From Candidatus Lustribacter sp. (GTDB lineage: Bacteria > Vulcanimicrobiota > Vulcanimicrobiia > Vulcanimicrobiales > Vulcanimicrobiaceae), in the NCBI GenBank assembly GCA_965277805.1, contig OZ255842.1, positions 1,600,001-1,664,000 of the forward strand: a stretch of 64,000 nucleotides of DNA, given 5' to 3'. Positions 20,628 through 30,321 of the stretch are shown piece by piece. The position numbers were made by a program, and so were the translations under genes. Positions within the stretch are counted from its first letter, which is position 1. Every line of letters begins with the position of its first letter. The notes below the pieces were generated by a model. It searched no databases and was not told the DNA's origin. It worked only from the letters and a program-made list of their open reading frames with translations.

Positions 20628-21364
20628 TGGATCCTTCGGGTAAGGTCGCCCTTGTCGCCGGCGGCAAGGGCAATCTCGGAACTGCGATCGTCGCCGCTCT
20701 GCGTGCACGCGGAGCGAAGGTTGCAACCATCGATCTCGATGCCGCCGCCGCAACGGAAGACGATGATACGCTCTCGGTGCAGGCCGATATTGCCGACGAT
20801 GCATCGGCAGGCGGCGCCGTGGCAGCAGTCCTGGCGGCTTATGGCCGCATCGATATCCTCATCAACGCAGCAGGATTTATACATAGCGAACCGCTTGTCA
20901 ATCTGCTCAATACCGCGCAGCGACGCCATTCCGCCGGCACCTGGCAGCGAGTGCTGCGCGCCAACCTCGACGCGACGTTCGTGCTGACGGCACATGTCGC
21001 GGAACAGATGGTGGCAAAGCGAATCAAAGGCGTGATCGTGAGTTTTTCGTCCGTGGCATCGGCCGGCAACCCGGGTCAAAGCGCGTATGCCGCGGCGAAA
21101 GCCGGCGTCGAAGCGCTTACCGGGGTCTGGGCGCGCGAGCTGGGGCCCTTCGGCATCCGGGCGGTTGCGATCGCGCCGGGCTTCGTCGACACAGCCTCGA
21201 CGCGACAGTCGCTCAACGACGAGGCGCTTCAAGAATGGAAGCGCCGGACGCCGCTCCATCGCCTTGCCGCAACCGGCGAAATTACAAGCAGCGTCATGTT
21301 CGCCATCGAGAACGATTTTCTAACCGGCCAAACGCTACGCATCGATGGCGGGCTTACGATATGA
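20627..21364 (+). CDS. SDR family oxidoreductase (FabG-like)
   Basis: GGKGNLG, NAAG, YAAAK and APGF. Confidence 0.92.
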   Translation: MDPSGKVALVAGGKGNLGTAIVAALRARGAKVATIDLDAAAATEDDDTLSVQADIADDASAGGAVAAVLAAYGRIDILINAAGFIHSEPLVNLLNTAQRRHSAGTWQRVLRANLDATFVLTAHVAEQMVAKRIKGVIVSFSSVASAGNPGQSAYAAAKAGVEALTGVWARELGPFGIRAVAIAPGFVDTASTRQSLNDEALQEWKRRTPLHRLAATGEITSSVMFAIENDFLTGQTLRIDGGLTI

Positions 21365-22041
21365 AGCCGGTCATTATCTTCGGAGCCGGGAAAGTGGCCG
21401 AAGTCGTCTATCGTCATATCTTGCGCGATCGCACGTCGAAGATCGCCGGCTTCACCTGCGAAACGGCGCATCTCCCGGCGGGCGGCACGGCTTTCGACGA
21501 TTTGCCCGTCGTCGACTTCGCGCGAGTGGCCGAGCGCTTTCCGCCGGTGGAATACGATATGCTGATTGCCGTCGGCTACCACGAGCTCAACCGGGTGCGC
21601 CGCCGCATTTACGAGCAGGCTGCGGCGCTCGGCTACCGCTTCGCGTCCTACATCAGCGCGCAAGCCGGGGTGGGTGACTGGCTGCGAGCGGGCGACAACT
21701 GCATAATCTTGGATAACGCGAGCGTCGAGCCCGGCGTTGTCCTCGGCAACAATGTCGTTTTATGGAGTAACGTTCTCGTCGGTCATCATACCGTCATTGA
21801 AGATCACTGCTGGCTGGCCGGCCACGCCGTCTTCGGCGGCACGGCCGTGCTCGGCGCGGGATCGTTCGTCGGTCTCGGCGCAATCGTCGCGCATGAGGTC
21901 GAGCTCGGCCCGGAGAGCTTTCTTGGCGCAGGAGTAGTCGTGACGAAGTGTGCCGGACCAAAGAGCGTTTTCGTCGCAACCGGCACCGAGCTTTTCCGTC
22001 TCGACAGCGACCGGTTTCTGCGCATCACCAAGATGCGCTAG
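21361..22041 (+). CDS. NeuD/PglD-like hexapeptide-repeat sugar acyltransferase
   Basis: N-terminal IIFGAG, left-handed beta-helix repeats and VGHH. Confidence 0.88.
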   Translation: MKPVIIFGAGKVAEVVYRHILRDRTSKIAGFTCETAHLPAGGTAFDDLPVVDFARVAERFPPVEYDMLIAVGYHELNRVRRRIYEQAAALGYRFASYISAQAGVGDWLRAGDNCIILDNASVEPGVVLGNNVVLWSNVLVGHHTVIEDHCWLAGHAVFGGTAVLGAGSFVGLGAIVAHEVELGPESFLGAGVVVTKCAGPKSVFVATGTELFRLDSDRFLRITKMR

Positions 22042-23609
22042 ACCGCTGCGGCGCGATCGGCGGCGAGCGCGATGCGGTCGATTTTTCCGTTCGCATTCTT
22101 CGGCAGGTCGTGGCGAATTTCGAAACGCTGCGGGATCATGTACGGCGGCAGCAACGCCCCCAATCCTGTCCGCAGCGCGTCTTCGGTGATCGCAGACGCA
22201 CTTGCTACGAATGCGACCAGCACCTTCATGTCGCGCCGGCCCGTCACCTGAAGCACGGCCGACTGGGACACACCCTCGAGCCGGTTGAGTGCCGTTTCGA
22301 TCTCCTCGAGTTCGATGCGATAACCCATATGTTTGATCTGATGGTCCTTGCGGCCTAAGAAATTCAACGACCGGCCATCGGCGGCGATGGCCACACGGTC
22401 ACCCGTCCGATACATGCGCTCGGGCCACGCATCATTTACGGGATTGACGACGAAAGCGCCCGCGGTGCGTTCAGGATCATTGATATAACCGAGGCCGACT
22501 TGCGGCCCGAGTAAACAAAGTTCTCCGATTCCGCCCGCGCCGGCCGGCAACTCGTCGTCGTCGAGTACGAGCATCGAGAAATTCTCTGCAAGCGGTCCGA
22601 GGGTGACGAGCCCGCTCGGGTCCTCGAGATCGCCGGCTCCCACGTCCCAAGCGGAACAGATGCACGTGCACTCCGTTGGGCCATAGACGTTTACCAAGCG
22701 GCAGCGGCCGCCGAACGTGTCAAACAGTTTCCGCAACTCAGGTTTCGGATAGCCCTCGCCGCCGAAAACGAACGTGCGCACCGACGGGAGCCGGCGCGCA
22801 CTCAGCAGCCGCATCGTCGTCAGGTAGATGAGCAGAGACGGAACAGAGAACCAAATCGTGCAAGCCGCTGCTTCGATTGCATCCACCAAGCCTGTTGAAT
22901 CCGCGACCAGGTCGCGCGGAACCGGCGCCATTGAAGCGCCGTTGAGCAGGGCTGCGTAAAAGTCAAAAACCGAATTGTCGAAATACATCGGGTTGACGTT
23001 GCTCAGCGTATCGTCGACGCCGATGGAGAAACGCGACCCGGCCCAGCGCGCAAAATTCAGCACGCTCGCATGGCTGATAACCGCGCCTTTCGGCACGCCG
23101 GTAGAACCCGACGTATACATCACGTACGCCGCGTCTGTACCCGTCACGCCGGGCGCCTCCGGCTCGGCTTCCGAGGCACCTGCCAGCTCGCTTTTCACCT
23201 CTCGCGCCGCGAGGTCGACAACGGCGGCACCGAACGCCGCAGCAGCGGCGGCAGCCGGTGACTCCGCGACCCCGGTCCCGACGACGACCTTCGGCCGGCA
23301 TGAACCGAAGATCAGCGCAAGACGGGCCGGCGGGTTTTGATCGTCGAGGTTGACATAAGCTGCGCCGAGTTTGAGGCACGCGATCATCGTCGCATAATGC
23401 GCAACGAACTTTGTATGGACGATCGCGACGACGTCACCGCGAACCACGCCGCGCGATAACAACAGCGCCGCCACTTGATTGGCAAGCCGATTCAATGCAT
23501 CGTGGGAGATCGCGCTGCCGCCGGGCATTTTCAATGCCGGGGCGCTTCCATTTCGTGCGGCTAGCCTCGCATAGGCTGCTCCCGCACTAACGACGTACTC
23601 ATGCGACAT
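22038..23609 (-). CDS. stand-alone amino acid adenylation enzyme (DltA-like)
   Basis: YTSGSTGVPKG, FDNSV, NVYGPTE, YRTGD, GYRIELEEIE and NANGKIDR. Confidence 0.92.
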   Translation of the reverse strand: MSHEYVVSAGAAYARLAARNGSAPALKMPGGSAISHDALNRLANQVAALLLSRGVVRGDVVAIVHTKFVAHYATMIACLKLGAAYVNLDDQNPPARLALIFGSCRPKVVVGTGVAESPAAAAAAAFGAAVVDLAAREVKSELAGASEAEPEAPGVTGTDAAYVMYTSGSTGVPKGAVISHASVLNFARWAGSRFSIGVDDTLSNVNPMYFDNSVFDFYAALLNGASMAPVPRDLVADSTGLVDAIEAAACTIWFSVPSLLIYLTTMRLLSARRLPSVRTFVFGGEGYPKPELRKLFDTFGGRCRLVNVYGPTECTCICSAWDVGAGDLEDPSGLVTLGPLAENFSMLVLDDDELPAGAGGIGELCLLGPQVGLGYINDPERTAGAFVVNPVNDAWPERMYRTGDRVAIAADGRSLNFLGRKDHQIKHMGYRIELEEIETALNRLEGVSQSAVLQVTGRRDMKVLVAFVASASAITEDALRTGLGALLPPYMIPQRFEIRHDLPKNANGKIDRIALAADRAAAV

Positions 23610-23691
23610 ACCTAATTCGGGGCGTTTGGCACCCGTTGCGGGATCGCCCTTTATGGCGGGCGGGCTCAGATTTTACGGCGAATGAGCCGGC

Positions 23692-24912
23692 ATGAATTTC
23701 GCCGCCGGCGACGGCCTCGGAACGACGATCGTCTTTATCGATGCGGGCTACCCGGTCGACCTCGAAATCTCCCGATATGTCGGCGGCGCCTTTGACCAAC
23801 TCGGATACCGCTTCGAGGAGTACAGCCTGAACGATCCGGAGTTCGTCGGGAAAATCGGCGAACTGTTGCGAACGCGCATCCGGGACGTCCTGTGCTTCGT
23901 GAGCCTCAACTACACTGCGGCAGCGATCCATTCCGCGGATGGCCACCTTCTGCATCACGCGACCGGGTGTCCGTTGGTCTTCTACTTGATGGACCATCCG
24001 CTGTATTTTCTCGACAAGCAGCTGCCGGAGAATGCCGGCGCGTTGGTGTTCGTAGCCGGCCGCGACCTGATCGACTTTGTCGGCAAGTATTTCCCATCCG
24101 GGACGGTCGCGATCGATAATCAAGCCTTTATTCCGCCGCCGTTCGAGCAACATCCGCCGAGTTACGAAGACTTCATCGCCCGGCACAACGTCATTCTTTG
24201 CCCGATGAATCTGTCAATCTGGGACGAGACCATGGACAGCATATGGGCTGCCATAGGCCGGATGCCTGCGGAACGCCGCGACTTCGTCAAAGGGCTGATC
24301 GAGGCCGGCTTGACCGACGTCTTCACTCCGCTGCACGTGCTCGCAGAATCATTGCCGCGCGCCGGCCGAACGATCGAACATCAAATGGCCGACGGCAACA
24401 TCGCGCTCGATTTCATCAAGATTTGGCGGCGCAACCATATGATCCGGGCGCTGATCGATCTGCCGATCCGTATCAGCAGCAAATACGTGCCGGCGGACCT
24501 CGCCGCGAGGTATCCGGATAAGTTTACATTGCTGACGATCCAAGAGACGACGCCGCTTTACCAGCAGTATCGTTTTGTTCTCAACGCGTTTCCGCTGATG
24601 ACTTACGCCAACCACGATCGGATCATCAACGCCATGTGCGCGAACGCCGTCGTTATCACCGATGAGAACAATACGACTCGCGAGCGATTCACGGATGAAG
24701 TCGATGCTCTGCTCTATAGTTATACGAACGGTGATAATGCGAACAAGATCGCGCGCTACCTCGACGATCCGCGCGCGGCCTACGAGCTCACCGTCAATGC
24801 GTACGACTTGCGCGTGCGGCGCAATGTCTTCACGCTCGACACCTACGCGAACCTCATCGAGGCAGTGAAGCACCAGAAGCGCATTGCGCGCGCGGCGAAC
24901 CCTACTTCTTGA
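23692..24912 (+). CDS. putative glycosyltransferase (CgeB-like GT-B)
   Basis: DHPLY motif, C-terminal FVLN...HDRIINAM...VITD pattern, and cluster context. Confidence 0.6.
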   Translation: MNFAAGDGLGTTIVFIDAGYPVDLEISRYVGGAFDQLGYRFEEYSLNDPEFVGKIGELLRTRIRDVLCFVSLNYTAAAIHSADGHLLHHATGCPLVFYLMDHPLYFLDKQLPENAGALVFVAGRDLIDFVGKYFPSGTVAIDNQAFIPPPFEQHPPSYEDFIARHNVILCPMNLSIWDETMDSIWAAIGRMPAERRDFVKGLIEAGLTDVFTPLHVLAESLPRAGRTIEHQMADGNIALDFIKIWRRNHMIRALIDLPIRISSKYVPADLAARYPDKFTLLTIQETTPLYQQYRFVLNAFPLMTYANHDRIINAMCANAVVITDENNTTRERFTDEVDALLYSYTNGDNANKIARYLDDPRAAYELTVNAYDLRVRRNVFTLDTYANLIEAVKHQKRIARAANPTS

Positions 24913-25912
24913 GGTCGCGGTCCGCCGCCGACCGCACGGCTTCGTCCAGCCACGCGTGCATGCTGATATTTCGCTTTTCGCGCGCTTCGTGGGCCAGGCG
25001 CTTCGCCTCGAGCGTAACGCCCTCCAGTTGGCCGTAGAAGCGCGTGCGATGGGTCCCGCCTCGCTCGCCCGGAATCTCGAAATCGAAGTCGGCTATCGGC
25101 TCGCCGACCCCCACCGTGAAGCTGAGTTGGTAGAACGCGCCCCCGAGGATGTACTCGATCGTGACGTCTCGGGCTTCCACCGGCAACGCCGCAAGCGGGA
25201 GCTCACTGTCATAGTGGCTGCTCGAATTGATCAGCACTTTGGCGAACTCCGTATGCCGCAGCCATGGGGGCATGCTCTCGTCGCCGACGACTACGCGACC
25301 ACCGGGCCTCACGATGCGGGCCATTTCGCGGAAGGAACGCGCCACATCCGAAAACATGTTCAAGCCGCCGAAATGGAAAATTGCATCGAAGTGGTTGTCG
25401 GGAAACGGCAGATACACCGCATTGCCGACAACGTAAGATACTTGAAGCGCTTCATCGTGAAGCCGTTCGGCTGCTTTCAACAGTATTCCGCGCGAAATAT
25501 CGTGGACGTACAGGTGCCCGGCCCCTTTGAGCCGCGCGGCAATAACGGAACTCGTGCGTCCCGATCCCGCGCCCACTTCGAGGACGACTTGACCGGGGGA
25601 GAGGCGCATCCGGTCGACCATCGCGTTGCGGATATCGCGTTCGTTGCTATCGAACGTGCTGAACAGCAGCGGCAGATATTCATCATACACCGGCGCGACA
25701 CGATCGTATGTCGTCCGTGCGAATGCATCGGCATCGGGTAGTACGAGCGGAAAGGTCAGATCTGGGATGCCGCCGCTGATCGCGTAGTCTCGCCCTGCCG
25801 GATTGCGGAGGATCCCGGTCACAACCTCGTCGCCGGCTTGCTCCGTCACGATCAATTCGAGTGGCGAACCCGTTTCGGGGCAGCGATATACGCCGGCATC
25901 CAGGAGATTCAC
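24902..25912 (-). CDS. class I SAM methyltransferase with Trm112-like N-terminus and RHH-like C-terminus
   Basis: CPETGSPL...YAISGGIPDL, VLEVGAGSG, LPFPDNHFD and RPGG; C-terminal KRLAHEAREKRNISMHAWLDEAV. Confidence 0.85.
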   Translation of the reverse strand: MNLLDAGVYRCPETGSPLELIVTEQAGDEVVTGILRNPAGRDYAISGGIPDLTFPLVLPDADAFARTTYDRVAPVYDEYLPLLFSTFDSNERDIRNAMVDRMRLSPGQVVLEVGAGSGRTSSVIAARLKGAGHLYVHDISRGILLKAAERLHDEALQVSYVVGNAVYLPFPDNHFDAIFHFGGLNMFSDVARSFREMARIVRPGGRVVVGDESMPPWLRHTEFAKVLINSSSHYDSELPLAALPVEARDVTIEYILGGAFYQLSFTVGVGEPIADFDFEIPGERGGTHRTRFYGQLEGVTLEAKRLAHEAREKRNISMHAWLDEAVRSAADRDLKK

Positions 25913-25964
25913 GAGTGATTCTCCTGCGGCAGTATGAAGCTTCCTTCTTCAAGAATCAACGTGC

Positions 25965-26543
25965 GTGCCGGTACCGCTCGTTTTAACAACCACACGCCTG
26001 CGACTGGAACCGGCAACGGCCGCGCACGCGCCGGAATTATTTCCGTTCGCGAGCGACCCTCACCTAACGGCCTATCTTGCATGGAAACCGCATACGGCGG
26101 TAGCGGAAACCACCAGCGTCTTAGAGGGGCTGTCGGCGGCACACGAACGCGGTACCGGGTATCACTGGACCATCTTCGAGCGCGACCGTGCCGTCGGTCT
26201 CATTTCGCTTATCGACGTTCGGCGTGAACATCGTCTTTGGCGACTGGACCGCGCCGAAATGGCGTACTGGATCGGCAGAGGCGCACAGGGCCGCGGACTC
26301 GCCACCGAAGCGGCGACTGCGGTGATCGACGCCGCCTTTTTGCGACTTGGCTTGAACCGGCTGATCATATCGCATACGAGCGGTAATCCGGAAAGCGGTC
26401 GCATTCCGCAAAAGCTGGGCTTTCGCTATGTGGGCCGTGAAGAAGAATTCTTTATGAAAGACGGTGTATGGCACGACATGAATCACTATGAGCTGCGGGC
26501 AGCGAACTGGCCCGCAGCCGCGTCGGCCGCAGGCGAACGGTGA
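25965..26543 (+). CDS. GNAT N-acetyltransferase (RimJ/RimL type)
   Basis: TTRLRL, AQGRGLATEA and NPESGRIPQKLGF. Confidence 0.9.
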   Translation: MPVPLVLTTTRLRLEPATAAHAPELFPFASDPHLTAYLAWKPHTAVAETTSVLEGLSAAHERGTGYHWTIFERDRAVGLISLIDVRREHRLWRLDRAEMAYWIGRGAQGRGLATEAATAVIDAAFLRLGLNRLIISHTSGNPESGRIPQKLGFRYVGREEEFFMKDGVWHDMNHYELRAANWPAAASAAGER

Positions 26544-27490
26544 TGTCCGCGGCGCCGTTCCGTTGGGAGAAATTGGGATTGGTATACCGTCCGCCAAATG
26601 ACGGGAGTTGGCGCGACGGGTTTGGGCAAATGCCGGTCGTGGCCGAGTTGCCGGACCGCTTGCGCGTCTTCTTCTCGGTCCGCGCGCCACGCGACCCGGC
26701 CGGGCTTTTCAAGTCAAACATGTACTGGATCGACGTCCACCGCGATGACCCGATGCGCGTGATCGGCCAAGTGGATCGGCCGTTGTTGCCGTTTGGGCGG
26801 CCTGGGTCGTTTGACGAACACGGCTTGATGCCGAGCAGCATCAATTGGGCCGGCGACGTGTTGCGCATGTACTATTGCGGCTGGATGCGGCTCGCGGGCG
26901 TTCCCTATTCCATGTCGATCGGGCTTGCCGAGAGCCGTGACGGCGGCACCACGTTCACCAAACTCGGCGAAGGGCCGCTGTTCAGCCGAACGCCGACGGA
27001 GGCGTTCCTCGAAGGCGGACCATGCGTGCGTCACGATGGCACCCAGTGGCACATGATGTACACGTCGGGAACGGGCTGGATCGACGGTGAAGCGATTTAC
27101 GTGATCAAGCACGCACGCTCGGATGACGGCGTCGTGTGGGAACGCGACGGCAAGGCCGTGGTTCCGGAGCTCGTTGAGAACGAGTGCCAAGCACGTCCGA
27201 CGGTCATTCAAATCGAATCGCGTTGGCACATGTGGTTTTCATATCGGTTCGGTCTGGATTTTCGCACGAACACCTCGCGGGGCTACCGCATCGGCTATGC
27301 CTGGTCGGATGATCTGCTCACTTGGCATCGCGACGATGCTCTCGCCGGCATCGATCTCTCGACGACGGGCTGGGATTCCGAGATCGTCTGCTATCCGTAC
27401 GTGTTCTCGAGCGGCGATCAGCTCTTCATGTATTACAACGGCAACAACTTCGGTCAAGACGGCTTCGGCTGCGCCCGGCTCGCGGTATGA
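26543..27490 (+). CDS. beta-propeller glycoside hydrolase-like protein (GH43/32/130 superfamily)
   Basis: WEKLGLVY, GSFDEHG, repeated SxDGxxW/F Asp-boxes and YNGNNFG. Confidence 0.75.
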   Translation: MSAAPFRWEKLGLVYRPPNDGSWRDGFGQMPVVAELPDRLRVFFSVRAPRDPAGLFKSNMYWIDVHRDDPMRVIGQVDRPLLPFGRPGSFDEHGLMPSSINWAGDVLRMYYCGWMRLAGVPYSMSIGLAESRDGGTTFTKLGEGPLFSRTPTEAFLEGGPCVRHDGTQWHMMYTSGTGWIDGEAIYVIKHARSDDGVVWERDGKAVVPELVENECQARPTVIQIESRWHMWFSYRFGLDFRTNTSRGYRIGYAWSDDLLTWHRDDALAGIDLSTTGWDSEIVCYPYVFSSGDQLFMYYNGNNFGQDGFGCARLAV

Positions 27491-28173
27491 CCGCGAATAG
27501 ATATACGGCGTTCCATCGCGAACGAATGGGCCCGCATCTCTATCCGAACGAATTCCTGATCCGTACAATGCTCGGCCGCTACCCGCGTCTTACAATGAGT
27601 CGAGACTACAAAGGACGCCGATTGCTCGACCTCGGCTTCGGAGACGGGCGAAACTTCCCGCTCTTCCGCAACCTCGGTGTCGAGATTTACGGTGTCGAAC
27701 CCGACCCGGAGATGTGCCGCATCGTTGCCGAGCGCGTTGGGCCCGAAGGCATTCCTTGTACGTTGCGGCCGGGGTGCAACACGGAGATCCCGTTTGACAA
27801 CGGCTTCTTCGACTTCATCATTGCGAGCAGTTCCGTCTACTATGTTCGCGACGGCGAAACGTTCTCCGATAACCTCCGCGAGGTCGTTCGCGTGCTGCGC
27901 CCCGGCGGCTGGCTCGTTGCAACGCTCCCGGATCTCGATAACGCCCTCCTAGCCGGCGCGATCCCACTCGGCGACGGGCATTGGCGCATTACTTCGGATC
28001 CGTTCGATTTGAGAAACGGCTCCGTTTTCCGAGCCTTCGAATCGATGTCCCAGATCGAAGCCGCCTTTTCGCCGTCGTTCGAAGAGCTTGCGATCGCAAG
28101 GTTTCACGACGATTGGTACGGCTTAGTGGTAAGCGGATTCGCCCTCGTGTGCCGCGCGAAGGCTAGCGCGTAA
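27487..28173 (+). CDS. class I SAM-dependent methyltransferase
   Basis: LLDLGFGDGRN, IPFDNGFFD and VLRPGG. The ATG overlaps the upstream stop. Confidence 0.9.
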   Translation: MTANRYTAFHRERMGPHLYPNEFLIRTMLGRYPRLTMSRDYKGRRLLDLGFGDGRNFPLFRNLGVEIYGVEPDPEMCRIVAERVGPEGIPCTLRPGCNTEIPFDNGFFDFIIASSSVYYVRDGETFSDNLREVVRVLRPGGWLVATLPDLDNALLAGAIPLGDGHWRITSDPFDLRNGSVFRAFESMSQIEAAFSPSFEELAIARFHDDWYGLVVSGFALVCRAKASA

Positions 28174-28789
28174 GCGCGGCCGCGGTTTCGTTGATCGCGG
28201 TGAGTTCCCAACCCGCCGCGAACGAACCGCGTGCGCGCAGGATTCCGGCCGGCGAAAACTTGATGCCCGGTGCCACCGAGTCGGCCTTGTTCGCCCCGGC
28301 GCGGGTGAGGCTGCGCACGATCCCGTGCATGACGCCCGCGTGGCTGACGATCAGCGCCCGGTCATTCGCGGCCATGCGATCCGTCGCAGCGCGCAAGAAT
28401 ACGTCGACGCGCTCGCACAGCGCATCCCACGATTCGCCGCCCTCGGCGGTGTAGTGCATCGGGGCCTTTTCATTTTTCGCGTCGAGTTCCGGCCAGCGCG
28501 CGACGATTTGGTCCCATGTGAGCCCTTCCCACAAGCCGAAGTGCATCTCGCGCAGCAGAGGCGTGAACTCGATGCCGATCGCGCGTTCGGCGCAAATCGT
28601 TTTCGCTGTGGTCCGCGCGCGCACGAGATCGCTTGCCATGACGCGATCGAAGTGCTCGGCTCGCAAATGTAGCGCGAGGGCCTGCGCTTGCGCCAGGCCC
28701 TCGTGATCGAGCGGGATGTCGGTTTGGCCCTGGAACCGGCGATCCGCGTTCCATGCCGTGCGCCCGTGCCGGACGCAGATCAATTCCAT
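28163..28789 (-). CDS. histidine phosphatase family protein
   Basis: RHGRT, LREMHFGLWEG and VSHAG. Confidence 0.93.
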   Translation of the reverse strand: MELICVRHGRTAWNADRRFQGQTDIPLDHEGLAQAQALALHLRAEHFDRVMASDLVRARTTAKTICAERAIGIEFTPLLREMHFGLWEGLTWDQIVARWPELDAKNEKAPMHYTAEGGESWDALCERVDVFLRAATDRMAANDRALIVSHAGVMHGIVRSLTRAGANKADSVAPGIKFSPAGILRARGSFAAGWELTAINETAAALTR

Positions 28790-28794
28790 CCAGC

Positions 28795-29382
28795 CTACTT
28801 CTTGATGAACGGCCGTCCTTCATGCGCGACCAGCAAGTCGTGCATGTCGTTCGCGTGCTCTTCTTCTACGGCCAGGATGCCTTCGAGCATCGTGCGCGTG
28901 GTAGAATCTTTCGTGCCGAAGTAGTTGATGAGCTCGCGGTAGTGGTCGATCGCGATGCGTTCGGCGATCAGGTTCTCCTTCAACATTTCGACTAGATTGG
29001 CTTCCGACGGGCCGTATTGCGAAGCGGATCGCGAAACCAGATTCTTGGGATCGAAATCCGGCGTGCCGCCAAGCTGATTGATGCGCTCGGCGAGCTGCAT
29101 CATGTGGCCCTGTTCCTCTTTGGCGTGCTGGAGGAACTCGTCTTTGGGGCCTTCGCTCGCGATGCCGGTGGCGGCTACCGCGTGCATCGTATAACGGAGA
29201 ACGCAGACGATTTCCGTCGCAAGCGCTCCCTGTAGCAAGTCGATCGCCGTTTCGACGTTGCCCTCGTAGGTGTCGGTAATCGCGCCCTGCTCGATGCGTT
29301 CGCGCGCGTTCTTCCGTAGCGTCGCGATGTCGGTCAAAAACGGTTTGTCGGCGCCATTGCGCCCTTTCGCTGTAGTCGTCAC
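28795..29382 (-). CDS. bacterioferritin/ferritin-like protein
   Basis: Di-iron ligand pattern ATE...EEQGH...AE...EEEH. Confidence 0.88.
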   Translation of the reverse strand: MTTTAKGRNGADKPFLTDIATLRKNARERIEQGAITDTYEGNVETAIDLLQGALATEIVCVLRYTMHAVAATGIASEGPKDEFLQHAKEEQGHMMQLAERINQLGGTPDFDPKNLVSRSASQYGPSEANLVEMLKENLIAERIAIDHYRELINYFGTKDSTTRTMLEGILAVEEEHANDMHDLLVAHEGRPFIKK

Positions 29383-29391
29383 GGGAAGCGG

Positions 29392-29417
29392 TTACCCGGC
29401 TCGCTTGGTCCCGAAAC
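29392..29417 (-). promoter_or_regulatory. SigB/SigF-type general-stress promoter
   Basis: Minus strand GTTT-N16-GGGTAA ends 9 nt before the GTG of the ferritin-like gene. Confidence 0.55.
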
Positions 29418-29442
29418 GTCCTCAAGGAGGCAGGCGAAACCC

Positions 29443-30321
29443 GTGGCGAACGCCCTGGCTGTCGTGAGCGAACGTGTGGCGGTCCGGAAAACCTACAAAC
29501 TCTACCTGAATGGCGCCTTCGTACGGAGCGAATCGGGCCGGACCGACAGCGTCGGCGGCGAGAACGTCGTGCGCGGCTCGCGTAAGGACGTCCGCGATGC
29601 GGTGCTGGCCGCGCGCGCGGCGCACGAGAAGTGGGCGGGCCAGACACCGTCCAACCGGGGCCTCGTCCTCTACCGCTTGGCCGAGATGATGGAGGCCCGC
29701 GCGACGAGCCTGGCCGAGCAGCTGGTGCTCGGCGGAACGGTCAGCTCCGCGGCCGCGCAGCGCGAGGTCGAGGCAGCGATCGATCGCACCGTCTGGTATG
29801 CCGGCTGGGCCGACAAGTACGTGGTGCTCGCCTCGGCCCGCAATCCCGTCTCCGGGCCCCACTTCAACTTCTCCACCAACGAGCCGGCCGGCATCGTCGG
29901 GGTCATCGCCCCGGACGAACCGGCCCTGCTCGGCCTCGTCACGGCCGTGCTGCCGCCGCTCGTCAGCGGCAACGCCGTCATCGTCGCGGCCTCGGAGCGC
30001 GACCCGCGCACCGCGGTCGTCTTCGCCGAATGCCTGGCCACGAGCGACCTCCCGGGCGGCGTCTGCAACGTGATCACCGGCGCGCGCTCGGAACTCGGGC
30101 CGGCGCTGGCCGGACACATGGACGTGGACGGCCTGCACGCCTTCGGCGTGGGGCACGAAGCCGAGGTGACGTTGGGCGAATTGGCCGCCGAAAGCGTTAC
30201 GCGCACGCGCTTCGAGGATGCGCCGCCGGCCAAGGCCTGGTTCAAGCCGTCGTATGACGATCTCGACCGCGTGCTCGCCTTTACCGAAGTGAAGACGATC
30301 TGGCACCCCGCTCGCATCTAA
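29443..30321 (+). CDS. aldehyde dehydrogenase-like non-catalytic half protein (partner of the deoC-linked ALDH)
   Basis: RKTYKLYLNGAFVRSESGR, YAGWADK and C-terminal TEVKTIWHP. It lacks ELGG and the catalytic Cys domain. GTG 29464 is an alternative start. Confidence 0.85.
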   Translation: MANALAVVSERVAVRKTYKLYLNGAFVRSESGRTDSVGGENVVRGSRKDVRDAVLAARAAHEKWAGQTPSNRGLVLYRLAEMMEARATSLAEQLVLGGTVSSAAAQREVEAAIDRTVWYAGWADKYVVLASARNPVSGPHFNFSTNEPAGIVGVIAPDEPALLGLVTAVLPPLVSGNAVIVAASERDPRTAVVFAECLATSDLPGGVCNVITGARSELGPALAGHMDVDGLHAFGVGHEAEVTLGELAAESVTRTRFEDAPPAKAWFKPSYDDLDRVLAFTEVKTIWHPARI

